A DNA stretch of 64,000 nucleotides, taken from positions 5,600,001 through 5,664,000 of the forward strand of contig CP170459.1 in NCBI GenBank assembly GCA_047947115.1. The letters are read 5' to 3'. Under the pieces are notes generated by a model. It worked only from the letters and a program-made list of their open reading frames with translations, was not told where the DNA came from and did not search any database. The position numbers and the translations under genes are program-made. Source of the stretch: Verrucomicrobiota bacterium. Lineage in GTDB: Bacteria; Verrucomicrobiota; Verrucomicrobiia; Limisphaerales; AAA164-E04. This document shows, one piece after another, positions 29,743-40,153 of the stretch (position 1 is the first letter of the stretch; every line of letters starts with the position of its first letter).

Positions 29743-29822
29743 GATAGGGTTTCATTGAACACATTGCGTTGACGGCTGATGATGAACCAACTTAAATGAG
29801 CCATATCAACCACCTCCAAACT

Positions 29823-31277
29823 ATGAAAAACTCGTTTTCTTTCCTGATTCTTGCGGGTCTGTTATTGAATCTTTCACTTTCGGCACAGAGCAAGGAACAT
29901 CCCAACATCCTCTTCATTTTTCTGGATGATTTTGGGTGGAAGGATACCAGTTACATGGGATCCGATTTTTACGAGACCCCCACTCTGGATCGCCTGGCGC
30001 GTGAGGGGATGATTTTCACCAACGCCTATTCTTGCGCAGCCAATTGCGCTCCTGCCCGGGCATGCCTCTTGAGCGGGCAGTATACGCCGCGTCACGAAGT
30101 CTACAACGTTGGCACCGGACCGCGAGGTAAGTCCGAGCACCGTCGACTCAAACACATCCCGGGCACCGACACCTTGCGCACCGACATCCAGACCTGGGCG
30201 CATCGGATCCAAAAGGCCGGATACAAAACGGCCACCATGGGGAAATGGCATCTGTCAGACGATCCCATTCCCTACGGCTTTGACGTAAACGTCGGCGGCA
30301 CGCATTCCGGCGGCCCACCCCGCGGCTACTACCCGCCACACGGCAAGGTTCCCGGATTGCAGGACGTGCCCAAGGACGAGTTTGTCACAACCACCATCTG
30401 TAATCGTGCCGCAAGCTTCATCACCGAAAACAAAGACCAACCCTGGTTCCTTTACCTGACCCTTTTCGCCGTACACACCCCCATTCAGGCCAAGAACGAT
30501 CTGCTTCCGAAATACGAAGCCAAAACACCCGGCCAGCTTCACAACAACACCAAAATGGCCACCATGATCCAGGCGGTTGACGACGGCGTTGAGCATATTG
30601 TGGAACGACTCGAAACGCTGGGATTGACCGATAAAACTGCCATCGTGTTCTTTTCCGACAACGGAGGATACGGTCCCGCCACAGACATGCATCCTTTGAA
30701 AGGCTACAAGGGCACCTATTACGAAGGAGGCATCCGGGAACCTTTCTTCATCAAATGGCCCGGCGTTGTAAAACCCGGAACACAAAGCGACACCCCCATC
30801 ATTGGCGTCGATCTTTACCCTACCTTTCTGGAAATGACCGGGGCGAGCGCGGCCGAAGACCAGCCACAGGACGGGGTTAGTCTCGTGTCGCTTTTTAAGG
30901 GAGGTGAACTCCAACCCCGTTCACTTTTCTGGCATTTCCCGGCCTACCTGCAGAGTTACGGTGGCAAAACCGCCATCGAACAACGCGACCCTCTTTTCAG
31001 GTCACGACCTGTCGGCGCCATACGCCATGGCGATTGGAAACTGCTGGAATATTTTGAATCCGGCGATCTGGAACTCTTCAATCTGAAAGAAGACATTGGT
31101 GAAACAAACAACCTCGCATCCGATCGCCCTGAAAAAATGAAGGAACTGCATGAACTGATGAAAGCCTGGCGTAAACATATCAAAGCTCCCGTCCCATCAG
31201 AAAGAAATCCAGACTTCGATGCCGAAGCAGAAAAAAAAGCCATTGAACAAGACCTGAAAAGACGAGGCCTATTTTAA
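29823..31277 (+). CDS. Secreted sulfatase (FGly-dependent)
   Basis: PNILFIFLDD, CAPARA, GKWHL, SDNGG and YEGGIREP. Confidence 0.95.
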   Translation: MKNSFSFLILAGLLLNLSLSAQSKEHPNILFIFLDDFGWKDTSYMGSDFYETPTLDRLAREGMIFTNAYSCAANCAPARACLLSGQYTPRHEVYNVGTGPRGKSEHRRLKHIPGTDTLRTDIQTWAHRIQKAGYKTATMGKWHLSDDPIPYGFDVNVGGTHSGGPPRGYYPPHGKVPGLQDVPKDEFVTTTICNRAASFITENKDQPWFLYLTLFAVHTPIQAKNDLLPKYEAKTPGQLHNNTKMATMIQAVDDGVEHIVERLETLGLTDKTAIVFFSDNGGYGPATDMHPLKGYKGTYYEGGIREPFFIKWPGVVKPGTQSDTPIIGVDLYPTFLEMTGASAAEDQPQDGVSLVSLFKGGELQPRSLFWHFPAYLQSYGGKTAIEQRDPLFRSRPVGAIRHGDWKLLEYFESGDLELFNLKEDIGETNNLASDRPEKMKELHELMKAWRKHIKAPVPSERNPDFDAEAEKKAIEQDLKRRGLF

Positions 31278-31373
31278 AAAAGCCATCCAAAAAGGGTATG
31301 GCGCGCCACCCTCAGAACCACCGAATCCACGAGTGACCCCATTTCGGGAAGCCTTCGGTTTTCGATCCCCAGA

Positions 31374-32273
31374 TTACAAAGCCGCCAACAGATTTTTCCG
31401 ACTTCGTATGTGAGCCTCTACAGCGCTCAATGTATCAGGTGTCTTTTCTTCAATCGCCTGCTCCAATACCATGTGTGGCTGTATCCCCCATCCGGTGAGT
31501 TGACCGAACAGTCGGCGATAATCAATGTCACCGTCCATTTTGAACACTTCGGTCCAAACTCCGCCCTCTGATTGCCTTAGGTGCAACTCGACGATACGTT
31601 CATGATAATGCTCGACGGCATCAAACAGCGCGATCTGAGAATTGCCGCAACCTCTGTATACCCAGTGGGCATCGAGACAGAGTTTGACATTGGCCGGATC
31701 GGTTGCGGTCAGCATGTGATGAAATTCACGTGCTCCCTCACGCAGTTCGGCGTCGTGGTTGTGGTAAGCCAGGATCATCCCACGCTCGCGCAGCCGTGCC
31801 CCTAAATGATCAAGTGCAGTGGCCTGGGTATGTAATTGAAGATCGTTCTTATTTTCGGGTCCGCCCCATCGGATCGGGCTCGGATTGGTCACCACAATCT
31901 TTGCCCCAGCCTTGGCGGCTTCCGCGGCTATGGACAACACCAAATTAATGGACGCCTTGGCCTCCTCCTCCTCATGCAACTTGCTGTTCACATAAAGCGA
32001 GCGCATCTCCAGTCCATTGTCCCTGAGCAAAGTCGCCAGCTTACGGATCTGATCAGGCGAATCGCCGATAGGTTCAAAACCTTGCACGCCCGTTGACGCC
32101 ACAGCGCCAATCCCCTCAGGCCCCTGCTCTGTCCAGTTTCGATCCTTCCGCCGCGCGAAGGTCATCCACGGGTAAACATTGGACGCAATATGAGGAGCCT
32201 GTGCGGCAAGCCCTTGAATGGCAAAGGCCGAAGTGGCCATGGTTGCGGTCGTGATAAATTGCCTGCGGTTCAT
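31374..32273 (-). CDS. Tat-exported sugar phosphate isomerase/epimerase (xylose isomerase-like TIM barrel)
   Basis: MNRRQF Tat motif; YHNH, LDAHW, HLRQ, GDIDY and LEQ. Confidence 0.85.
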   Translation of the reverse strand: MNRRQFITTATMATSAFAIQGLAAQAPHIASNVYPWMTFARRKDRNWTEQGPEGIGAVASTGVQGFEPIGDSPDQIRKLATLLRDNGLEMRSLYVNSKLHEEEEAKASINLVLSIAAEAAKAGAKIVVTNPSPIRWGGPENKNDLQLHTQATALDHLGARLRERGMILAYHNHDAELREGAREFHHMLTATDPANVKLCLDAHWVYRGCGNSQIALFDAVEHYHERIVELHLRQSEGGVWTEVFKMDGDIDYRRLFGQLTGWGIQPHMVLEQAIEEKTPDTLSAVEAHIRSRKNLLAAL

Positions 32274-32693
32274 ACGGACCATTAGATTCCCATTGAGGAC
32301 ATTTTTCAAGCGTGCGATACCGAAACAAGCATGCAAATTGCAGCCAATCGAATCCAAGAAAAGCGACCAACGGTCAAACAACGTTTGGCTCCGAGTCATA
32401 AGAACTTTGGATAGGGTCCGCATGCCCGATCGATATGCTTCACATGTAATGGCCTCGATCACCGGTTCGCACGTGTGCAATCAGAGCTTCCGGCAAAGAA
32501 AAGAATTGGAAAAGCAGGGATGCCGGAACGTTTCCCTAACCTATCCAAAGCGGCATCGAGTTACCGCAGTCCAAAAGGGGCTACAGGTTTGGCCCGCACC
32601 TTTCTTTTTACTTTTGTTTTACCAACGAAGCAAACGCTCGCACACGCTGTGCGAGATTAAATCCGCCAGTAACTTATCCCAGTTCGGCCCGCA

Positions 32694-35600
32694 TCAATAT
32701 GAAGGCATATCCACCCAAATCCCGTTCAACATCACAGCGCTCACTTTGTTCAAATCACCCATGTCCTTTGATGGATCACCATCGATCAGAATCAAATCAG
32801 CCAGCTTGCCTTTTTCGATTGTTCCAAGGCGGTCCTGGATGTTGAAGAATTCCGCGTTGTGATGCGTTGCTGCCTGGATCAATTCCATGGGAGACAAACC
32901 GCATTCTTTCAAAATTTCCAACTCACGCTGATACGCCCTCCCCTTTTCGGCAAATGGAGCGGTTGTGTGGGAGCTCACCACAATTCGAACGCCCGCTTGG
33001 TGACACATGCTCACGAAGCGTTTCATGTTATTGAAGGCTTTTTCTTTTTCTTCGGTTCCATCATTTTCTCCTTGTCGCGCCTCAAAAATAGCCAATGTAG
33101 GCGACACCACCACATCCTTTTCGACAAGCAACTGTATTAAAGATTCGACCCGACTGGACCGTTCCAGATCCAAGGTTGACCATAGCCAATGCCGCAACCT
33201 GCGACGCGCGTTCGAATCTTCCTGAACCGAATCCTTGAAGTGCTTCACATGCTCAGGATCGGCGAGGGCAGTCCCAAAGGAGGTCACGTGTTCGATGCCT
33301 CTCACCCCAGCCCGGATCGCTGCATCGGCATCCACCAGTTCCAAGTGAGCCGTCACCAAAACCCCTTGGTTTCCAGCTTCTTCACAAACAGCCTTCACAT
33401 GTTCCAGTGGCAAACGAAAGTAAACTTTGATGGCTGAAGCCCCCTGGCGAACATGTTCCCGAACAGTTTCCCGGGCGTGTTGAACATCCCGCACCACCAC
33501 TGCTTGATCCGGCCAAACAGGAGGCGGCCCGTCCAGATGTGCTCCGCACAAAAACACTCTGGGAAGCATCCCGTCGAAATCCATCACCGGTTGATAGTAT
33601 TTGAAAGGATGTCCCGGATCGCGAAAAGATGTGATTCCATGGTGTAATTCGTAAGTAACCGGCGTATCGATGTTATACATCGAGTGAAAGTGGGAATCGA
33701 TCAGTCCTGGCATTACACTCTTCCCTGCGGCATCCACTCGCCTGGCTCCAGCGGGAACAGGTACTTTGTCAGCCGATCCTGCTTCGAGAATCGTATCCCC
33801 TCGAATCAGGATCGTGGCGTTCCCGACCGGCTCCCCGCCAAATCCATCGATGAGTCTGCCTCCTACGATGGCGGTGATTTGCTCATCTGATGGCGATAGA
33901 GGAGGATTGATTTCACTGGCAACCCGGTGAAGCTCGATGGAGTGCACATCGATGGCTTCACCTCCAACAATCTGTGGAGCCGTCAAGCGAAGCACCCCAC
34001 GTCCCTCCTTCAAGTGAAGCATCCCGAGCGAAAGAGGCTGAAAATCTTTCACAAAATAATGCGATATTTCAACTCGCTCGGTCGATTTGTCATAGAGCGG
34101 AGGATCGAATAACTCACTCACCGCAGCTTCCACAAACGCCTGGTGTCCCTCCATTGAAAGTCGCACCTTCGTGCCCACATTTTTCTCCGCACAGGTGTAA
34201 AACACGACCGCTTTATAGATCCCCTGTCCTACCACATCCACATCCCAGGTAATCGAATCCTCCTCATGCGTCCAATTCTCAAAAAAGGAATGATTGGGAG
34301 CTTTGGCGCTCCGCTGAATCGTGCCATGTTCCACTCCGTCGCGAGCGGGCAGGACAGTGCGAGGACCGAAGCCAACCGTGAAGGGACGATCCTTGAAGGA
34401 TTCGAATGCCTGACTCATCTCGGCAATGTGCGCCTTCAATGCTTCAGCTAATTGGTGTTTAGTTTCAGGGTAATCCACGGACACATCGACGGTTTGTCCC
34501 CGATCTTTTTCGATATCGAACAATTGTCCGGTCTGATCAAGACGAAATCGCCCGGACCGAACGCTGGCTTTCTTCTGCCATTCACTGAACAACAAGCGCG
34601 GTCGCAACTGAGTCCGCTTTTCAACAAGCAGATCGGCCACACTGCGTCCATCCAAGGGAAATCGGGTTTCCAGCGGAATCCCCGCCAACTGTGCCAAGGT
34701 CGGCAATAAATCAATTGCTCCGGAAACCTGTTCAACCATCTTTCCTCCGGCAATTTTTCCAGGCCAACGCAGGAAAAAAGGAGATCGCACTCCACCTTCA
34801 TCCACCGCTCCCTTTTTCCCCTTCATTCCTCCGTTCCATCGCCATGAATTCGGGCCGTTATCCGAGAAATAAATCACGATCGTATTCTCGCTCAATTGAA
34901 GATCATCCAAACGCTGTAACACCCGGCCTACATTCCAGTCGATATTTTCACACATGGCCAACGCGGCGCGCGTCATCATCACATCTTCCTTATTCGGATC
35001 ACGATGACGCATTCTCGGATCAAGTTCCGCAAATTGATCGTAGAACGCGTCGTCGATCATCATCGGCGAATGAGGCGTGTTATAGGGGATGTAGCAAACA
35101 AAGGGTCTGTCTTGATTTGCGGTGATAAAGTCCAGAGCGTGATCCGTGAAATCATCCGCCACGTACCCCTTGCCTCTCACTTTTTTCCCATTGTGTTCCA
35201 ACGGCGGGCTGAAGTAATGCCCCCAGTGCCCGGAAGTAAAACCATAAAACTCATCGAATCCGCGATCATTAGGATGATAGGGAGATTGAGTCCCGTTATG
35301 CCATTTTCCAAAAGCACCCGTTGCATAACCGGCACGCTTGAACACGTCGGCGAGTGTGGTTTCCTCCGGATTCAAACGCTCCTCCCCCCGACTGACACCG
35401 CTAACACCGGTTCGGGGATGGTATCTTCCAGTCAAAAACTCCGCTCGCGTCGGCGCGCAAACAGCGCAGACATAAAAATGATTCAAGGTCACTCCATCTC
35501 GGGCCAACGAATCGATATGTGGCGTGGATAAATTAGTGTTTCCGTTCACACTCAAATCCCCCCACCCTTGATCGTCGGCCAGAAAGATAAGGATGTTGGG

Positions 35601-35726
35601 GTGTTTTTGGGATGCCGCCAGCGAGATGGGCCCAACGTTGAGCCATACCATGAAAGCCAACAGAAAGCATGTCAGGTTAAGCATGCACAATGAACAGCGC
35701 CTGAAAGCCGTAGAGAAATGATGCAT
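32694..35726 (-). CDS. Sulfatase + beta-sandwich + amidohydrolase fusion protein (1010 aa)
   Basis: N-terminal CAPTRA, GKWH and SDNGP; C-terminal PGLIDSHFH, VTAH, IEHV and GTIEKGKLADL; one continuous ORF. Confidence 0.9.
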   Translation of the reverse strand: MHHFSTAFRRCSLCMLNLTCFLLAFMVWLNVGPISLAASQKHPNILIFLADDQGWGDLSVNGNTNLSTPHIDSLARDGVTLNHFYVCAVCAPTRAEFLTGRYHPRTGVSGVSRGEERLNPEETTLADVFKRAGYATGAFGKWHNGTQSPYHPNDRGFDEFYGFTSGHWGHYFSPPLEHNGKKVRGKGYVADDFTDHALDFITANQDRPFVCYIPYNTPHSPMMIDDAFYDQFAELDPRMRHRDPNKEDVMMTRAALAMCENIDWNVGRVLQRLDDLQLSENTIVIYFSDNGPNSWRWNGGMKGKKGAVDEGGVRSPFFLRWPGKIAGGKMVEQVSGAIDLLPTLAQLAGIPLETRFPLDGRSVADLLVEKRTQLRPRLLFSEWQKKASVRSGRFRLDQTGQLFDIEKDRGQTVDVSVDYPETKHQLAEALKAHIAEMSQAFESFKDRPFTVGFGPRTVLPARDGVEHGTIQRSAKAPNHSFFENWTHEEDSITWDVDVVGQGIYKAVVFYTCAEKNVGTKVRLSMEGHQAFVEAAVSELFDPPLYDKSTERVEISHYFVKDFQPLSLGMLHLKEGRGVLRLTAPQIVGGEAIDVHSIELHRVASEINPPLSPSDEQITAIVGGRLIDGFGGEPVGNATILIRGDTILEAGSADKVPVPAGARRVDAAGKSVMPGLIDSHFHSMYNIDTPVTYELHHGITSFRDPGHPFKYYQPVMDFDGMLPRVFLCGAHLDGPPPVWPDQAVVVRDVQHARETVREHVRQGASAIKVYFRLPLEHVKAVCEEAGNQGVLVTAHLELVDADAAIRAGVRGIEHVTSFGTALADPEHVKHFKDSVQEDSNARRRLRHWLWSTLDLERSSRVESLIQLLVEKDVVVSPTLAIFEARQGENDGTEEKEKAFNNMKRFVSMCHQAGVRIVVSSHTTAPFAEKGRAYQRELEILKECGLSPMELIQAATHHNAEFFNIQDRLGTIEKGKLADLILIDGDPSKDMGDLNKVSAVMLNGIWVDMPSY

Positions 35727-35871
35727 GCAGATAATTATGAAGCAACCCTCTGAACGGTCAACGCCTCAATCAGAAAGCGCAACTGTCCCCACCTCCAAAC
35801 AGCCAATCAATGACTCATCCGTTGAACTTGCTTAAATCCGTGGTCTTGATAACCTCAGTCCATAGCTTCTC

Positions 35872-38610
35872 ATGAAAACGCGATGGCCACGAATTCTTTT
35901 TTGCTTATTGTTCATAACCAACGGAATATCACGCGCGGCGAATGCCCCGAACGAGGGCGAAAAGTTGTTCGCGTTAAAAGTGAAACCTCTCTTCGCAGAG
36001 AAATGTTTGGCCTGTCATGGCAACGATCCTGACAACATCAAAGGAGGCTTCGACATGCGGACCCGCCCTGCCATGTTGAGAGGTGGCGACACCTTTCTGA
36101 ACGACGCACTGATACCGGGCAAGGGAGAAGAAAGTTACCTTTACATACTATCAACCCGCACTGAGGAAGATTATGAGATGCCCCCAAAGGAAGCGGATCA
36201 ACTCACCCAAGAGCAAACCTGGTGGATCCGGGACTGGATCAATGCCGGAGCACCCTGGCCGGATGAGAATCGTGTGGCAGGAATCCAATCGGAATTCGGC
36301 GAAGGCGTCCAGGTTGTCACTTCGGGTGGGCTTTCCGATGATTGGGACAACCGACGTTACCTAAAGGAAGACCTTTGGGCCTACCAACCGTTGAATCCCG
36401 GTGAACACGATCACATTGACGCCTTCATCGAAGCTAAGTTAAACGAAGCCCAACTTCCCCCCGCTCCTGCAGCGGATGCGCGCACACTCATACGACGAGC
36501 AACTTTCGACCTGACAGGCCTGCCTCCAACTCCCGAGGAAGTCGAAGCCTTCGAATCAGCCTACGCAACGGACGCAGAAGCCTGGCCTAAATTAATCGAT
36601 CGACTGCTCTCCAGTCCACACTACGGCGAACAATGGGCGCGCCATTGGCTGGACGTTGTACGCTATGCCGACAGTTCAGGTTATGCCAACGATTGGGAAC
36701 GTCCGAATGCGTGGCGGTACCGGGATTATGTCATTCGCAGTTTCAATTCCGACAAACCCTACGACCAATTCATCCGTGAACAGATCGCGGGAGACGAAAT
36801 CGGGAAGCGGGATGATGTTGAAATGTTGATCGCGACCGGATTCCTTCGAATGGGAGCCTGGGAACATACGGGCATGAGCGTTGCCAAGGTCACGCGCCAA
36901 TTGTTTCTGGACGACGTGACGGATTCGGTCAGCCAGGTTTTTCTTGGGCATGCCCTGCGCTGCGCAAAATGCCATGACCACAAATTTGATCCGGTGCCCA
37001 CCAGGGACTACTACGCCTTTCAGGCCAACTTTGCCACCACCCAGTTCGTGGAACAACCCACCGAATGGTTGCCGGATGAAAACATCTCAGGACTGGAGGA
37101 GGACCGGCGCTATCACCTCATGCGCCGGGAAGCCAATCAGGAACGGCTGGATGCACTGGACGATTTGCAAAAGCGATACCAGGCCAAATGGTTTGCAGAA
37201 CGCAATCTCCCCTACCCATCCGTGGTCGAAGCCAGAAAGGCGGGAGAGACCAACCTACCGAAAGGTCGATTGTTTGAAAAACCGGAGGAATTCGGAGCCG
37301 AACGTATCGAGCGTAAATGGAAAGCACGATTCGACTGGGAAATGGATCGATACAAACCCGTCGTGTTCACCGTTTACAACGGCAAAACACGCTCCGCAAA
37401 AAATCAAAGCGGTCCCCTCCGCATGCCTGAGAACCCAATGGACCAGGGTGAACTGGAACAAACAAGCATTCTGGACAACGGGGATATATTTGCTCCGACG
37501 GAACCGGTTGCCCCTGGTGTCATCAGCGCGCTCCAATCAGGACCGGAAGCCAGCATACCCCAAGCAGTCGAAGGGAGGCGCTCAGCACTGGCAGACTGGA
37601 TAGCCAGCCCTGACAATCCCCTGACCTCGCGTGCCATTGTCAACCGCATCTGGCAATACCACTTCGGCAAAGCCATCGCGCAAAACCCAAACAACTTTGG
37701 CGCTACCGGCAAAAAACCGACCCATCCCGAACTATTGGACCGCTTGGCCAAACAATTTGTTGAGCAGGGATGGTCCATCAAAAAGCTGCATCGCACCATC
37801 ATGATGTCCAAAGCATACCAACGCGCCTCGACACATCCGGACCTACAACAACTCAACGCAAAGGACAGCGCACGCAACCTTTACGCGGTGTTCCAGCCAA
37901 AACGCCTGGCGGCCGAAGAACTGAGAGATGCCATGCTGGCCGTTTCGGGCGAACTCAATCCGGAAATGGGCGGCATCCCGGTCCGACCCGACATCAACCT
38001 CGAAGCGGCCCTCCAACCACGCATGATCATGGGAACCTTTGCACCCAGCTACGTTCCGAATCCAAAACCCGAGCAACGTAATCGACGGACCATTTACGCC
38101 CACAAAACCCGTGGTCACAGGGATCCCTTTTTGGAAACATTCAATCAACCCAACACCGAACTCTCCTGCGAAATGCGCGACAATTCCAACATCACGCCCC
38201 AGGCCTTCACGCTTTTCAACGGCGAAGAAACACGCGACCGATCCCTTGCCTTTGCATCTCGCGTGCTCAATGAAACGAATGATGACGAACAGGCCATTCA
38301 ACGCGCCTTTAGACTGGCGTTCGGACGCGATCCCTCTTCCCGGGAATTGCGCGTGTCGCTCGATCATTGGAAACTAATGACGAAACAGCAAACCGCACTG
38401 AACTTCGAACCACAGGTTTTTCCCACCGAAGTCATCCGAGAAGCCCAGGAAGAAAACACCGGCGAAAACTTCGAGTTCACCGAAACTCTTTTCGTTTTCA
38501 AAGACTACATCCCGGACCTTCAACCACATCAACTGAACGCCAAAACGCGCGCGCTGGCAGACATATGCCTGGCTCTATTGAATGCCAACGAATTCATATA
38601 CATCGACTAA
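35872..38610 (+). CDS. Planctomycete cytochrome c + DUF1549/DUF1553 domain protein
   Basis: CLACH..MPP; HYGEQWARHWLDVVRY; CAKCHDHKFDP; VNRIWQYHFG; PTHPELLD. Confidence 0.93.
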   Translation: MKTRWPRILFCLLFITNGISRAANAPNEGEKLFALKVKPLFAEKCLACHGNDPDNIKGGFDMRTRPAMLRGGDTFLNDALIPGKGEESYLYILSTRTEEDYEMPPKEADQLTQEQTWWIRDWINAGAPWPDENRVAGIQSEFGEGVQVVTSGGLSDDWDNRRYLKEDLWAYQPLNPGEHDHIDAFIEAKLNEAQLPPAPAADARTLIRRATFDLTGLPPTPEEVEAFESAYATDAEAWPKLIDRLLSSPHYGEQWARHWLDVVRYADSSGYANDWERPNAWRYRDYVIRSFNSDKPYDQFIREQIAGDEIGKRDDVEMLIATGFLRMGAWEHTGMSVAKVTRQLFLDDVTDSVSQVFLGHALRCAKCHDHKFDPVPTRDYYAFQANFATTQFVEQPTEWLPDENISGLEEDRRYHLMRREANQERLDALDDLQKRYQAKWFAERNLPYPSVVEARKAGETNLPKGRLFEKPEEFGAERIERKWKARFDWEMDRYKPVVFTVYNGKTRSAKNQSGPLRMPENPMDQGELEQTSILDNGDIFAPTEPVAPGVISALQSGPEASIPQAVEGRRSALADWIASPDNPLTSRAIVNRIWQYHFGKAIAQNPNNFGATGKKPTHPELLDRLAKQFVEQGWSIKKLHRTIMMSKAYQRASTHPDLQQLNAKDSARNLYAVFQPKRLAAEELRDAMLAVSGELNPEMGGIPVRPDINLEAALQPRMIMGTFAPSYVPNPKPEQRNRRTIYAHKTRGHRDPFLETFNQPNTELSCEMRDNSNITPQAFTLFNGEETRDRSLAFASRVLNETNDDEQAIQRAFRLAFGRDPSSRELRVSLDHWKLMTKQQTALNFEPQVFPTEVIREAQEENTGENFEFTETLFVFKDYIPDLQPHQLNAKTRALADICLALLNANEFIYID

Positions 38611-38615
38611 TCAAC

Positions 38616-40007
38616 ATGAACACCCGACGCGATTTCCTCTACGGCCTGACAACCAGTCTGGGCAGCCTCGCCTTTACCTCGATGCTGAAACAGGAAGCCA
38701 GGGCCTACCCCGGTCCCGGCGCGCGCAAGATTCATCACCCCAAAGCCAAGGCGAAACACTGCATCTTCCTGTACATGGAAGGCGGGCCGTCCCACATCGA
38801 CACCTTCGATCCCAAACCCAAATTGAATGAACTCCACCTGCAGGAGTTCACGCGCAACGGCGAAAAGCAATCCGCTATGTCCAGCGGCAAACGTTATTAC
38901 GTCCAATCCCCTTTCGAGTTCATCAAAGCAGGCCAATCCGGCGCGGACATGTGCACGCTTTGGAAACATTTGAAGGGAGTGGCGGATGAGATGTGTTTTT
39001 ACCGTGGCATGCAGGTTGATTCGGTAAATCACCCCACCGCCAACTACCAGGCCAATACCGGCAACCGTTTTGGTGGCGATCCGGGGATTGGAGCCTGGGT
39101 GACTTACGGACTGGGGTCGGAAAACAAAGACTTACCTGGATTCATTGTTCTCCCTGAACGTGCCTACCCTCAGGGAGGCGCTGCAAACTGGGGTAATGGA
39201 TACCTGCCGACGAGTTTTCAGGGAACACCGCTTCGCCCCAAAGGTTCTCCCATTCTCGACATTCATCCACCGGCGGGGATCACACCCTCGCACCAACGAA
39301 AGAATCTGGACTACCTCAACCAGCTCAATCAAATCCATGCGAACCAGCACCCGCAAAACGATGAACTGAAAACACGCATGCAAAATTACGAACTCGCGTT
39401 TCGCATGCAATCCCAAGTACCGGACGTGGTCAACATCAACTCCGAATCAGACCACATCAAAAAACTCTATGGTATCGGTGATCAAGTGACGGACGAGTTC
39501 GGACGCCGCTGCCTGCTTGCTCGAAAGCTTGTGGAAAAAGGAGTTCGTTTCGTTCAAGTCTATGCAAGCACCTGGGATTCCCACGACTACATCGCAAAAG
39601 CCCATGGATCGCTTATTCCGCGAGTGGACAAGCCCATTTCGGGTTTGATCCAGGATCTCAGACAACGTGGTCTGCTCGATGAAACCCTCATTGTCTGGAT
39701 GGGGGAATTCGGCCGTACCCCCGACAACGGTGTCCGTGGGGGAGGCGTCGCCTACGGACGCGATCATAACCCAAATGCCATGACCGTCTGGATGGCCGGA
39801 GGCGGCGTCAACGCAGGCCACACCATCGGCGCCACCGACGAGATCGGCGACACCGCCGTGGAAGAAGTGCACCACATTCGCGATTTCCACATCACCCTGC
39901 TGAGACTGCTGGGGCTGGATGACAACAAGCTCACCTATTTCCACGCCGGCCGATTCAAACAACTCTCTCAGTTCGGAGGAAAAGTCATCGACAACCTGAT
40001 CGGCTGA
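38616..40007 (+). CDS. DUF1501 domain protein (Tat-exported)
   Basis: MNTRRDFL; MEGGPSHIDTFDPKP; LARKLVEKGVRFV; GEFGRTP; GRDHNP. Confidence 0.93.
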   Translation: MNTRRDFLYGLTTSLGSLAFTSMLKQEARAYPGPGARKIHHPKAKAKHCIFLYMEGGPSHIDTFDPKPKLNELHLQEFTRNGEKQSAMSSGKRYYVQSPFEFIKAGQSGADMCTLWKHLKGVADEMCFYRGMQVDSVNHPTANYQANTGNRFGGDPGIGAWVTYGLGSENKDLPGFIVLPERAYPQGGAANWGNGYLPTSFQGTPLRPKGSPILDIHPPAGITPSHQRKNLDYLNQLNQIHANQHPQNDELKTRMQNYELAFRMQSQVPDVVNINSESDHIKKLYGIGDQVTDEFGRRCLLARKLVEKGVRFVQVYASTWDSHDYIAKAHGSLIPRVDKPISGLIQDLRQRGLLDETLIVWMGEFGRTPDNGVRGGGVAYGRDHNPNAMTVWMAGGGVNAGHTIGATDEIGDTAVEEVHHIRDFHITLLRLLGLDDNKLTYFHAGRFKQLSQFGGKVIDNLIG

Positions 40008-40153
40008 TTAACCAGCCGCAATCTGAATCTCAAAGATGAACAACCCTTCCCACCAATGATGACTGCACTGGCCAGCCACTTCATTGCAGTATAGCAAGGA
40101 ATGCGGATGTATGCCTATGATCTTGATACCTGTTAGGTCAAACTATTTGCCAC

